This document shows, one piece after another, positions 23,028 through 33,125 of a stretch of 64,000 bases of DNA. Source of the stretch: an uncultured delta proteobacterium. GTDB taxonomy: Bacteria > Desulfobacterota > Binatia > UBA9968. The stretch spans positions 285,427 through 349,426 of the forward strand of contig CAVSLC010000023.1 in assembly GCA_963728565.1 (NCBI GenBank). Direction: 5' to 3'. The notes below the pieces were generated by a model that saw only the letters and a list, made by a program, of their open reading frames with translations, did no database searches and was not told the origin of the DNA. Made by a program: the position numbers and the translations under genes. Positions within the stretch are counted from its first letter, which is position 1; every line of letters begins with the position of its first letter.

Positions 23028-24083
23028 ATGCTTCGTGCCTTGTTGACTAAGTGTTTAGCGCTAGCGTTTGTTGCGGTGTCATTGACTGTCGCATCAATAG
23101 GCGATGCAATCGCGCAACCATCGAAGGTGGCCGATTTTTATCGCGGCAAACAGTTGCGGTTTATCAGCGGTTACTCTGCCGGCGGACTCTTCGATAGCGC
23201 GACTCGTATTATGGCGCGCCACGTCGGTAAGTTTATTCCCGGCAACCCAACGGTGTGGGTCGATAATATGACAGGCGCGGGCGGTCTGATCGCGACGAAT
23301 TACGTTGCCAAGGCCGCGCCTAAAGACGGGACAGTGCTTTTAAATCTCGACGGGGCACTACTGAGACTGCAGGCGTTTAATAACCCGTCGGCACAATTCG
23401 ATGCTCGCCAATTTAACTGGCTTTCCTCACCGGCGCCCGACCTGCAGGTATGCTGGGTGGCTAAAGAAAGTGGTTGGAGCAGCATCACTCAGGCTCTTGA
23501 CGGCTCTAAGGAGCTCAAGCTCGGTGGTCTTGCGCCAGGTACTTTTCCTTCGGACACCGCGCGAATTCTTCAAGAGGCGCTGGGGATCAAGATAAGGCTT
23601 GTTGATGGTTTCAAGGGCGTTTCCGAGGTGCGACTTGCCACAGAGAGCAACGAGGTGGACGGTTCGTGCTCCTCGTACGAGGGCGTCAAGCGGGCTTTCC
23701 CGAAGGAATTGGATACAGGCGGCATCAAAGTGATTGTCCAGATCGGTGAAACTTCCTGGCCTGGTCTCGAGAAAGTGGCCAACGCAATGGACTTGGCTAA
23801 GACCGAGAGAGCCAAGCGGCTTCTTCGTGTGGCCGTCATCGGTCCCAACGATATCAATCGTCTGTTTACGCTTCCACCCGGAGTGCCGGCCGATCGGGTA
23901 GAAGCGCTCCGGCAAGCTTTCGATGCGACCTTCAACGATCCGGAATACAAAGCCGACGTCGTGAAGGCGCGCTTGGTTTTGCGGCCGATATCAGTCGAAA
24001 AGATCAAGGAAGTCGCTTCTTCGTGGCTGGACATGCCCGATGCTCAAAAGAAAGAGCTGCAGCAAATTCTGCAAATTAAGTAA
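23028..24083 (+). CDS. Tripartite tricarboxylate transporter substrate-binding protein (Bug/TctC)
   Basis: Signal peptide, FYRGKQL, GYSAGGLFD, NMTGAGG, PKDG, PPGVPADRVEALR. Confidence 0.9.
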   Translation: MLRALLTKCLALAFVAVSLTVASIGDAIAQPSKVADFYRGKQLRFISGYSAGGLFDSATRIMARHVGKFIPGNPTVWVDNMTGAGGLIATNYVAKAAPKDGTVLLNLDGALLRLQAFNNPSAQFDARQFNWLSSPAPDLQVCWVAKESGWSSITQALDGSKELKLGGLAPGTFPSDTARILQEALGIKIRLVDGFKGVSEVRLATESNEVDGSCSSYEGVKRAFPKELDTGGIKVIVQIGETSWPGLEKVANAMDLAKTERAKRLLRVAVIGPNDINRLFTLPPGVPADRVEALRQAFDATFNDPEYKADVVKARLVLRPISVEKIKEVASSWLDMPDAQKKELQQILQIK

Positions 24084-24270
24084 TGCGTGCACAATGTTGA
24101 GTTCAATGTCGAATTTCTTACAGCTTCCACCGTTGTATGTCCCCGTGTCGGTCTAACTGCAATTGCCTCTGAGAGTCTCCAAAAGGTGGAATTTTTACCA
24201 TTCGAGGTAATGATCATAGAAGATCAGCCAGTTAAATGCACATAACTTCTTTTTCCTATGGGGAGAACTT

Positions 24271-24903
24271 ATGCTGAGCCGATACTTTTTATTGAAGAGC
24301 CTCTCAGATATTTTGCCTGATGATGCACTTGTCGTTTCCTGCATAGGAAATAACAGTGGGTTTTGGGGACAAATCAAAGAGCGGGAAGGCAATCTGTTTC
24401 ATATTACAATGGGCATGTGTACGCCGACTGCGCTCGGCCTTTCTCGTGCACTTCCCCATAGGACGGTAATCTGTTTGGATGCGGACGGGAATCTACTCCT
24501 GAACTTGGGCTCTATCGCAACCGTTGGAAACCATGGTCCGTCAAACTTGTTTATAATAGTTTTCGACAATGAAAATTATCTCGGGAGCATAAAACATCAA
24601 TCTGGACCACCTACTGCGACCAGCGGAAAGATGGATCTCGCCGCTGTGGCTAAAGCCAGCGGAATTTCCAGTTCTTGCATCGTAAGTTCTGTCGAAAATT
24701 TTAGAAATCAAGTCCAGGCGTGTTTGGTCACGCCTGGTCCGCACTTCATACTAGCGAAGATTGAACCGCTCGATTCTGAAACGCCACCTCGCGTCAGGCG
24801 TATACCGGATACCAAAGAGAACAAATACCAGTTTATTCATTATATCGAACGAACAGAGAAAGTGACAATTTTAGGTGGGGGTCTGGGAAAATTCGCGGGT
24901 TGA
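24271..24903 (+). CDS. TPP-dependent enzyme, sulfopyruvate/phosphonopyruvate decarboxylase beta-subunit-like
   Basis: MGMCTPTALGL, LDADGNLLLNLG, IVFDN, TATSGKMDLAAVAKASG. Confidence 0.85.
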   Translation: MLSRYFLLKSLSDILPDDALVVSCIGNNSGFWGQIKEREGNLFHITMGMCTPTALGLSRALPHRTVICLDADGNLLLNLGSIATVGNHGPSNLFIIVFDNENYLGSIKHQSGPPTATSGKMDLAAVAKASGISSSCIVSSVENFRNQVQACLVTPGPHFILAKIEPLDSETPPRVRRIPDTKENKYQFIHYIERTEKVTILGGGLGKFAG

Positions 24904-24955
24904 GGCTAGATGGAGAGAAACGTTTCAGTGATTCAAAGGGTCGGCCGGGGGCAAC

Positions 24956-25451
24956 ATGAAACTGGATAAGGCAGAGTTAATTGTGGAAGGACTGAAAGAA
25001 GCAGGAATTGACTTTGCGTCGGTTTCCTGATGCCCAGTTCACTCAAGTTTATCAGATAATCTCTAAGCAAGCGGATATTCCCTACATAGGAGCTGCTAAC
25101 GAGGGAGAAGCGGCAGGCATCGCAATGGGTGCGTGGTTCGGTGGTAAGAAGCCTGCTTTAATCATAGCGACCTCGGGCTTATTAGTAGCGACGTACTGGC
25201 TTGCACGGATGCAATTTCTGCATGAGGTACCTGTTCTCATATTGATACCCTATCGAGGGGATATTGGAGACCCGATGTGGATGGGGATGTACCGGAAGAC
25301 TACAGAGCCGACTCTACAGACATTAGACATACCTTTCCGTGTGGTTGACAAATCGGCTGATATCAAAAGAGTAATCAAAGAGTGTAACGAAAGCGCGCGC
25401 GCTTGGCTTAAATCGGTTGCCGTTTTGATTACCGAGGAGGCCTTATGGTAA
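24956..25451 (+). CDS. TPP-dependent enzyme, sulfopyruvate decarboxylase alpha-subunit-like, frameshift near 25020
   Basis: MKLDKAELIVEGLKEAGIDF from ATG 24956 joins FPDAQF...ANEGEAAGIAMGAWFGGKKP...YRGD in ORF 25008-25451. Confidence 0.82.
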
Positions 25452-25465
25452 GCGGGCGAGAGGAA

Positions 25466-26536
25466 ATGAAACACGGAGTCATCCTGAGTGCTCCGCGTTG
25501 CGGCAAGGGGAATCAAGATGTGCATAAAAGGCGTGTGATCCTTATCAGCCTACTGGTTTGCCAGTGTCTCACTGCCTTCACTTTCGCCGCTGATGAGCGA
25601 ACCATTGATGCTGCGAGGCGAGAAGGAAAGGTAGTCTGGTATACAGTCGCAGGCGAGTCTGCAGAGCTGGCGAAATCGTTCGAAGCGAAATATCCATTTG
25701 TGAAGGTCGACGTTCTACGTAGCACAGTTTTTCCTCTGCTAAATCGTATACTGAATGAAGCTAGAGGTGGCTAATAACCAAAACTACGATGTTGTTCGAC
25801 AGTCCTCATTCGCCATGCAGGTACTGATCCAGAAGGGAATGATTCAACCATATGAATCATCAGAAAGAAAATCCTATAGTGAGGATGCTAAAGATAAGGT
25901 GGGATATTGGACTTCGACAGATGAGAATTATTTCGTGATTGGCTATAACACCAAGATGGTATCTTCGGGTGAGGCACCTAAAGATTGGGAAGATTTACTG
26001 GAACCGAAGTGGCGCGGCGAAAATCGCGATGGATCCTGACAATCATTTGCTTTACGGCGGAGCTGGAGCAACTTGGGGCAAAGGAAAAAGCATCAGAATA
26101 CTTCAAGAAATTATCTCGTCAAGAAATCCAATTTAGGCGAGGCAATACGTCTGCTAGCACAGCTAATTGTGGCAGGAGAATACCCACTTGGGCTTCGTAT
26201 ACGCCCATCGTGTAGAATTACTGAAATCCCAAGGAGCTCCAATCGATTGGGTCTCGACAATGAATCCGATTGTCTCGACACTTGGCCCAGTGGGTCTTGC
26301 AGCTAGATCGCAACATCCAAATGCAGGCAAACTCCTAATCGATTTTCTTCTCTCTGCGGACGCTCAAAAAAAACTGCAGAGGATGTATAGAATACCATCG
26401 CGATCAAATCTCGAGCCTATATCTCCATCTATTAGACGCTACCCGTTTGAAGGTTATGTCTTTACCTCCGTCATTGGCAGAGCAGGAGGAAAGTTGGAAA
26501 AAGTCTTTCAGGTCGGTTTTTCAACTCCCTGGCTAA
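25466..26536 (+). CDS. ABC solute-binding protein (Fe3+/AfuA-like), several apparent frameshifts
   Basis: Pieces: IDAARREGKVVWYT...FEAKYPFVKV; GYNTKMV...PKDWEDLLEPKW; QHPNAGKLLIDFLLS. At least four frame changes; end approximate. Confidence 0.7.
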
Positions 26537-26598
26537 AGAAAAGAATAGAACGGCGGATGTCTCTGAAAAAACGAGACACCGCGCAAGCGAGTACAGTT

Positions 26599-27623
26599 AT
26601 GAAAAACACCAAATTTATCTGTGGACCAGAGCCTGATTCTCATAAGGCGGAAACGAGTCGCCAACCGACAATGTTCTGCACCACTATTGGCATGCGGTAG
26701 CGCGCTCGCAAGATGTAACCGACAAACCGCTGCCGGTGAAATTACTCGATCATCCGGTGGTGCTTTGGCGCTCCGACACAGGCGTGGTTGCTTTTCATGA
26801 TCTCTGCGTGCACCGCGGCACGCCTCTCTCTCTCGGTTGGACCGAAAACGGCAGTATCGTCTGCGCCTATCATGGCTGGCGCTACGGCGCGGACGGAATG
26901 TGCAAACACATCCCATCCATACCGGCGGAGAGGGGAATACCAGCGAAAGCGCGAGCGATAGTTTATCACTGCGCCGAAAAGTACGGTTTGATTTGGGTAT
27001 GTCTCAAAGATCCGGTCGCCGACATTCCGGCATTTCCCCAGGAGATCCACGACCCGTCCTACCGATGGGAGGCCTATTCATCGCACGGGCAATGGAAAGC
27101 TAATGCCGCCCGGATGATCGAGAATCTTTTGGACTTCTCGCATTTCACCTGGGTGCACCCGGGAATTCTTGGCGATCCTTCGAACGCGGCATGCGAGGCG
27201 AGCGAGATCACGGCCGTTCCCGGCGGTTTCCAGTACGAGATCGAACAGCCGGTTAATCGCTTGAAAGCAAATAGCGCGTCGATACAGCGCTTCACGGTGA
27301 TTTTGCCGTTGATTTTGTTCATCGAACGGCGCCAGCCCGACGGGCCCGAAAAACAAACGAACATTTATTGCTGCACTCCGATGTCCGATAAGGAAACCCG
27401 ATTTTTTCGCCTGTCGGGTCGGAACTATCGCGACACGCTTTCGGATGAGGAACTCAACAAGAAACATCAGACGATCTTCGAGCAGGATCGCGTCATCGTC
27501 GAGGCGCAAAGGCCGGAGGAACTGCCTCTGGATCTAGCTGAAGAGCTTCATCTGCGCGGTCCTGACACAGCCGGGCTGGAATATCGAAGAGCACTGCGCG
27601 AACTTGGCGTGAAGTGGGGTTGA
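26599..27623 (+). CDS. Rieske non-heme iron oxygenase alpha subunit, VanA/NdmA (O-/N-demethylase)-like; 5' start uncertain
   Basis: Rieske CVHRG...CAYHGW, mononuclear Fe site ENLLDFSHFTWVH and IFEQD. The frame extends upstream of 26736 (DNVLHHYWHAVARSQDV) to a TAA near 26643, so the start probably needs a frameshift. Confidence 0.88.
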
Positions 27624-27936
27624 GTCTTGTTGCACGGTAACCCTCCGCTCAAGCTTTGAAGTATCAACATGGCTGCGAAGTGAATCGGAAGAGTACGCGG
27701 TTGTGAGACTTCCTTGAGTCTACCCTTGGGGATTGGAGTGAGACGATATCGAATCGAATGACCGTTTTAAGAGAATAAGACCTAAACCGAGAAATACGCT
27801 GAATAGGCTTCACGATCCAGATGGAACCGCCGCGAACTTAAATGCTCGAGGAACGCTCGTATAGAAGGGTCGCTCCGGATTCTGCTGGTGTCCTCCGGAT
27901 CGATGCCCGCTCAACAGCCGGGAAAAGGAGTTTTGT

Positions 27937-28653
27937 ATGTTCGGATACCGCGCCAGAATAGGATATATTTCGCCGTCCGTCATGGAGCTCAACGCCTATG
28001 ACTTTTACCGCATCGTCCCCAAAGGAGTAGGCCTGATCGCGGTTACCTGTATGGTTGAGGGCTGGAAGGAAGATGCCTATCAACGCGCACTGGCTCAAGT
28101 TGAAGCATGCGCCCGGGAGCTTGGCCGCCGCGCTTGCGATTTCATTATTCACGGCGGGGCTCCTTTGGTCTTGAGCCAGGGCAAGGGTTTCGAAACAAGA
28201 CTATTGACCCAGCTACAAGAGCTCACCGGTGCTCCGTGCACCACCAGCATTGTCGCAGCCATGGATGCTTTTCGCGACCTGTCAGCTACCCGATTGGCGG
28301 TTGTCGATCCTTATCCAGCCGAGCTTAACGCCAAGATGACCGCGTACCTGAAGGACTGGGGTTTTGAGGTTGCTTCATTAGTCAGTCTCGGCACGTCTTT
28401 TACCGAATCGAGCATCGCATCGATTGCAGACATCTACCGAGCGGCCAAACGCGCCATCAAAGAAGCCCAGAATCCTCAAGCGGTCTTTATACCGTGCGCT
28501 AATTTTCCGGTAATCGACGTCATTGAAGATATCGAAACCGATTTTGGCTTGCCGGTCATCAGCAATATCACTTCTCAATTGTACGTAGGATTCAAAACTA
28601 TCGGAATGCGCGAGAGAGTTCCTGGTTATGGCAAGTTGATGCGAATGCTTTAG
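27937..28653 (+). CDS. Maleate isomerase / arylmalonate decarboxylase-like protein (Asp/Glu racemase superfamily), copy 1
   Basis: RARIGYISPS, TTSIVA, LAVVDPYPAELN, AVFIPCANFP, IETDFGLPVISN, PGYGKL. Confidence 0.85.
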   Translation: MFGYRARIGYISPSVMELNAYDFYRIVPKGVGLIAVTCMVEGWKEDAYQRALAQVEACARELGRRACDFIIHGGAPLVLSQGKGFETRLLTQLQELTGAPCTTSIVAAMDAFRDLSATRLAVVDPYPAELNAKMTAYLKDWGFEVASLVSLGTSFTESSIASIADIYRAAKRAIKEAQNPQAVFIPCANFPVIDVIEDIETDFGLPVISNITSQLYVGFKTIGMRERVPGYGKLMRML

Positions 28654-28800
28654 CAGGCTTCTGAAAAAGACCCACACACTTCGTTGCTCTCGATCTCCTC
28701 GCTGCAACGTACTGTGAGTAGGTCTCCGCTCGTCGATGCTTCGCGCGCCTCGTCTTTGGATCTTCTTGAGCAGCCTGCGACCAGAGTTTTTCAGCAGTCC
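28652..28800. repeat. ~145-bp intergenic dispersed repeat with terminal inverted repeats (MITE/REP-like), copy A
   Basis: Ends gcaggcttctgaaaaa ... tttttcagcagtc; core ctcgctgcaacgtactgt...gctcgtcgat...gagcagcctgc matches the reverse complement of 34146-34287. Confidence 0.8.
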
Positions 28801-28835
28801 GAGAGTCGAGCGGAATCATCACGGAAGGAGCGGAA

Positions 28836-29078
28836 ATGGCGAAGATAAGAGCGGTTGTCACCGAAGGGGATCGTCAGCATGGATACAAGCGAGTTCAGGT
28901 ATTATTTGGCACAAATTATTTCTTGGAAATCGTTGAAAACGACGGCCGAGTTGAGTTTCTGCTAGGAGCGCACCACACCGGATTCAAGGCCGATGCTTCC
29001 GAACCCAATGGCGAACTACAAAAGTATATTAGCGAAGTTCAGCAGCGGTATCCGGAAAGCGTTTTCGAGCAGGAATAG
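28836..29078 (+). CDS. Hypothetical 80-aa protein
   Basis: GGAAGGAG RBS upstream; fills the gap between two co-oriented paralogues; globular-looking composition. Confidence 0.7.
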   Translation: MAKIRAVVTEGDRQHGYKRVQVLFGTNYFLEIVENDGRVEFLLGAHHTGFKADASEPNGELQKYISEVQQRYPESVFEQE

Positions 29079-29107
29079 CTAGCAGACTATCCGAAAGGTA
29101 CAACTCT

Positions 29108-29824
29108 ATGTTCGGCTGGCGCGCGAGAATAGGTTACCTTTGTCCCTCCGTGTTCGAAATGATCGCTTATGATTTCTATCGCATCGTTCCGCCTGGGATC
29201 GGCATGATCGGGGTCACTTGCATGATTGACGGGTGGCAGGATGAGGCGTACAGAACGGGACTGGCGCGGATTAAAGAATGCGCTCTGGAGCTGAGCCGGC
29301 GAAAATGTGATTTCATCATTCACGCAGGGGTTCCGCTGGTAGTGAGTCAAGGAAAGGGCTACGAGGTTGAGGTAATCAAAACCATCGAGACCCTTACCAG
29401 TACTCCAGCCACCACCAGCATTGTTGCCGGAATGGAAGCACTCAAAGCTCTTTCTGTTCGGCGCATCGGCCTTGTCAATCCATACCCATCTGAATTGAAC
29501 GCGGCGGTGATGGCATTCATGAAAGGGCACGGATTTGAAATCGACGCAGTCGTCAGCCTCGGCGCTGATTTCACGCGAATCGGCGACGTCTCAGAAGCCG
29601 ATGTTTACGCCGCGGCGAAAAAAGCTGTGAGCCAGTCACCTGAGTTGGAAGGTTTATATCTGCCGTGTCCGCAGTTCCCGGCGTTGGACGTCATCGATGC
29701 GATAGAATGCGACCTGGGAATTCCCGCGGTGGGGCACTTGAGCTCGGAAATCTGGATGGCGTTGAAGGTTTTGAAGATCCGCAGTCCGATCCCGGGATTC
29801 GGCAAACTCCTGACCATGATGTGA
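29108..29824 (+). CDS. Maleate isomerase / arylmalonate decarboxylase-like protein, copy 2
   Basis: RARIGYLCPS, IGLVNPYPSELN, LYLPCPQFP, PGFGKL; clear paralogue of 27937-28653. Confidence 0.85.
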   Translation: MFGWRARIGYLCPSVFEMIAYDFYRIVPPGIGMIGVTCMIDGWQDEAYRTGLARIKECALELSRRKCDFIIHAGVPLVVSQGKGYEVEVIKTIETLTSTPATTSIVAGMEALKALSVRRIGLVNPYPSELNAAVMAFMKGHGFEIDAVVSLGADFTRIGDVSEADVYAAAKKAVSQSPELEGLYLPCPQFPALDVIDAIECDLGIPAVGHLSSEIWMALKVLKIRSPIPGFGKLLTMM

Positions 29825-29838
29825 GCACCGGAGGATCT

Positions 29839-30813
29839 GTGAAATCGACAATCGTCAATTGTATCTGCGCGGCAATACTGCAGCTGGCAGGATGGGGTGT
29901 TTCCCATGCTCAGGAAATCCACATGTCTTACCCGGGACTTACCGGTGAGTCAGCGCCGTTGTGGGTGGCCCGGGAAGCGGGATTTCTAAAGGGATATGGT
30001 ATCGATGCCAAGCTCGTATATATGGAGGGCGGCCGTTTATCGATCCAAAGCCTTCTCTCCAATACGACCCAGTTCATGGCAGGCGATGCCGTCTCGGCTC
30101 TGAGCGCGATCGCCGGCGGTGCGGACATCGTTTTGCTGGCTTCGGCGAAAAACGTTTTACCGTACGTGTTTGCAGTGTCCAAGGACGTCCGGCGCGGCGA
30201 AGATCTCAAAGGCAAAATAATCGCGACCTCGCAGGTCGGCGGAAGAGCGGGAGAGATCGCCCGCATGGTCATCCGCAATATGGGTTTGGATCCTGACAAA
30301 GACGTGAATTACCTGGCTGTCGGCGGGACCATGTCCCGTCTGGCGGCCCTGAGTACCGGCAAAGTGCACGCCGCGCCGATCTCGCATACGGTTGTTCCGA
30401 TCGCGGAGGAGCGAGGTCTCCGAATTCTGCAGATCGAACCCATCCCTCTGATCGTCGACGCCCTTTGGACTTCACGGAAATTTGCCGACGAAAACCCGCT
30501 GGTTATTCAGAATGTGCTGCGCGGCTATGCTCAGGCAATAGCCACAATCGTCAGGGACCGCGACAAGTCCTTGGAGATTATGCGCAAGTACATGAGAACT
30601 TCGGACACCCGGGTGGTGCAAGGCGCTTACGAACGCTACAGAGAAGACTTGGACCGAGTGCCGATACCCTCGGACAAGGCGATCAAGACGACACTGGAGA
30701 TAAGCCGTCGAGTGGCTCCGAAGCTGGCCGGGATCGACATTGATCGGCATATGTATTTTGCTCCGGTACGGAAACTAGCGGCGGAAGGCTTCATCGATAA
30801 GTTGTACAAGTAG
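29839..30813 (+). CDS. NitT/TauT ABC solute-binding protein
   Basis: GGAGG RBS then GTG 29839; signal peptide ending SHA-Q; APLWVAREAGF, DLKGKII, GLDPDKDV. Confidence 0.88.
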   Translation: MKSTIVNCICAAILQLAGWGVSHAQEIHMSYPGLTGESAPLWVAREAGFLKGYGIDAKLVYMEGGRLSIQSLLSNTTQFMAGDAVSALSAIAGGADIVLLASAKNVLPYVFAVSKDVRRGEDLKGKIIATSQVGGRAGEIARMVIRNMGLDPDKDVNYLAVGGTMSRLAALSTGKVHAAPISHTVVPIAEERGLRILQIEPIPLIVDALWTSRKFADENPLVIQNVLRGYAQAIATIVRDRDKSLEIMRKYMRTSDTRVVQGAYERYREDLDRVPIPSDKAIKTTLEISRRVAPKLAGIDIDRHMYFAPVRKLAAEGFIDKLYK

Positions 30814-30837
30814 TCATAAAACACACGAGAGGGAGGC

Positions 30838-31194
30838 TTGATAACTATGGCGCGTATTCGTCATCTGGCAATCGTAACCGACAATCGAGAAAGGCTGGTC
30901 AATTTTTACACGACCGTTTTCGGCATGAAGGTAATCGATGGAGTTGGCCCGGCTATTTATTTGTCCGACGGCTATCTCAATTTGGCCATCATCCAAAAGC
31001 GCGGAAATTACAAGGAAGGTCTCTATCACTTTGGTTTCGAAGTAGAGAATATCGAAGAGCTAAAACCCTTGTGCAGGGATCTCGGTGCGGCAACCGAAAT
31101 CCAGAAGCGACCGCCCAACCGGGAGGCAGAGTATCGAGTTCACGATCCCGACGGCACTCCCATCGATCTCTCACAACACGGCTGGCCGGTTTAA
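30838..31194 (+). CDS. VOC (glyoxalase/bleomycin resistance/extradiol dioxygenase) family protein
   Basis: RIRHLAI, FYTTVFGM, GLYHFGFEV, HDPDGTPIDL. Confidence 0.88.
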   Translation: MITMARIRHLAIVTDNRERLVNFYTTVFGMKVIDGVGPAIYLSDGYLNLAIIQKRGNYKEGLYHFGFEVENIEELKPLCRDLGAATEIQKRPPNREAEYRVHDPDGTPIDLSQHGWPV

Positions 31195-31276
31195 TCTAAT
31201 CTCATTACCGGCCGTCGCTTTGCATTCCGAAACTGAAGCAGTCGTCCGCCGGTCGGCTACTTAGATTGACCCTGTC

Positions 31277-32842
31277 ATGAGCTCCGAATCGCTAATCCAT
31301 CGGCCGGTGATCATGGGCGTCCATGGCATGGTTGCCACTGGACACCCGTTGGCTTCGGCCGCAGCGCTGGACGTCTTGAAAGATGGGGGCAACGCCGTTG
31401 ACGCGGCGCTTTGCGCCTCCGGGGTTCTTTCCGTCGTAAAGTCTTATCACTGCGGTTTAGGCGGCGACGTTTTCGGGATTTTCTATTCAGCGAGGCAGCG
31501 GCGCATGCTCGTTCTCAACGGCAGCGGACGCTCTCCGCGACTACTGCGGCGGGAGGCTTATTCAGGAATCATTCCGCATCGCGGCATTCTCGCCGCGACC
31601 ACACCCGGTACGGTCGATGCGTGGTTTGAGGCGGCGTCCAAGCTGGGTAGCCGCGCCCTCGGCGATCTGTTGAAACCCGCTATCGGATATGCGGACGGCG
31701 GTTTTCCCGTCTTTCCTCATCTTGCCAAAGTGGTTCGTTCCTCGTGCAAACCGCTTAGCGCCGATCCGGCGTGGGCTGCGATTTTCCTGCCGGACGGGAA
31801 AGCTCCCGATGTCGGCGATTTGCTGGTGCAAGAAGATCTGGCAGCGACTTTAAGAAGTATCGCAAGCGGCGGACGAGAGGCGTTTTACGCCGGCGACATA
31901 GCCAGATCAATCGTTCGGAAATCGGACGATTGCGGCGGATGCTTTAGCCGGCAGGATTTTACCGAGCATCAGTCGAAGTGGGAGGAACCTCTTTCCGCGA
32001 CCTACCGGGGATATCAAGTATTTGTGCCGCCGCCGAATTCGTATGGCTTGCTACTTCTGCTGCAACTAAAGCATTTGGCGGATCATGATCTGACAGCATT
32101 GGGCCATAACACACGAGAATGTGTGGCGCTGCAGGTCAGAGTTAAGGAAGAAGCTTGGCGGGCGGGTCAATCATGGCTCGCCGATCCGGCTCGGTATCGA
32201 CCCGACGAAGTCACACAGTTTCTTGATGCTTTTCCACGAAAAAAAGAAAGCCGCGATTTAGCCGGCGGTCTGCAAGGTCACGGGAAAAGTACGACGTACA
32301 TTGCAACTGCGGACAGATTCGGCAACTGGGCTTCGCTCATACAAAGCGTGCACCAAAGCTTTGGCTGCGGTGTCGTCGTCGATGGCACCGGCATCGTCCT
32401 GAACAACCGTATGTCAGGTTTCAATCTGATCCCGGATCACCCGAACGAGCTTGGCCCGCGCAAGCTTCCTGCTCACACCCTGAGTCCGGCGCTTATTCTC
32501 AGGGACAATAAACCTGTTATGGCGATCGGCACACCCGGTGGCTTGGGCCAGACACAGTTTCTCACGCAGACGCTATGTAATATCGTCGATTTCGGAATGA
32601 ACCTCCAGGAGGCCATCGAAGCGCCCCGCTGGCAAAGCGAGAACACGGGTTGCGTGGAGTTAGAAAGCCGAATGACCCGCGATGTCAGTGAGCGCTTGAT
32701 CAGCGAAGGCTATCAAGTGACCGTTTGCGCTCCTTGGGAATTTGCCTTTGGCGGCGTGGAAGCCATTCGCCTGCATGACAATGGGAAGGTATTTATGGCT
32801 GCGGCAGATCCAAGGCGAGATGGCTACGCGCTTGGATATTAA
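31277..32842 (+). CDS. Gamma-glutamyltransferase family Ntn-hydrolase (YwrD/HpxW-like amidase)
   Basis: GMVATGHPLAS, GGNAVDAA, GLGGD, nucleophile Thr in STTYIATADRFGN, LNNR, GTPGG, ADPRRDG. Confidence 0.92.
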   Translation: MSSESLIHRPVIMGVHGMVATGHPLASAAALDVLKDGGNAVDAALCASGVLSVVKSYHCGLGGDVFGIFYSARQRRMLVLNGSGRSPRLLRREAYSGIIPHRGILAATTPGTVDAWFEAASKLGSRALGDLLKPAIGYADGGFPVFPHLAKVVRSSCKPLSADPAWAAIFLPDGKAPDVGDLLVQEDLAATLRSIASGGREAFYAGDIARSIVRKSDDCGGCFSRQDFTEHQSKWEEPLSATYRGYQVFVPPPNSYGLLLLLQLKHLADHDLTALGHNTRECVALQVRVKEEAWRAGQSWLADPARYRPDEVTQFLDAFPRKKESRDLAGGLQGHGKSTTYIATADRFGNWASLIQSVHQSFGCGVVVDGTGIVLNNRMSGFNLIPDHPNELGPRKLPAHTLSPALILRDNKPVMAIGTPGGLGQTQFLTQTLCNIVDFGMNLQEAIEAPRWQSENTGCVELESRMTRDVSERLISEGYQVTVCAPWEFAFGGVEAIRLHDNGKVFMAAADPRRDGYALGY

Positions 32843-33125
32843 CCACAGGCGCAGGCTAGGACCCTAGGTCGTTGAATTTAGCTGTAGCGTCCTTACGCGC
32901 GAAACAAACAAGCTCATGAAGCAGAGATCCGAAAAGATTTTAGACGGCTGTATACTGCGCGACTCATGCGGGAGGTTACCAACAGCCCTTCATGAGAAGA
33001 ACACAGATTGTGCGGGCTCGAACTCAGGAGCTTGAATCTGCTTTTGACGGTACTCAACTGAGAAACTGAACGCTCACGGTTTTCAGAAGGCTTGCGATTA
33101 GGAATTAAATGCCGAGGAGTTATCC

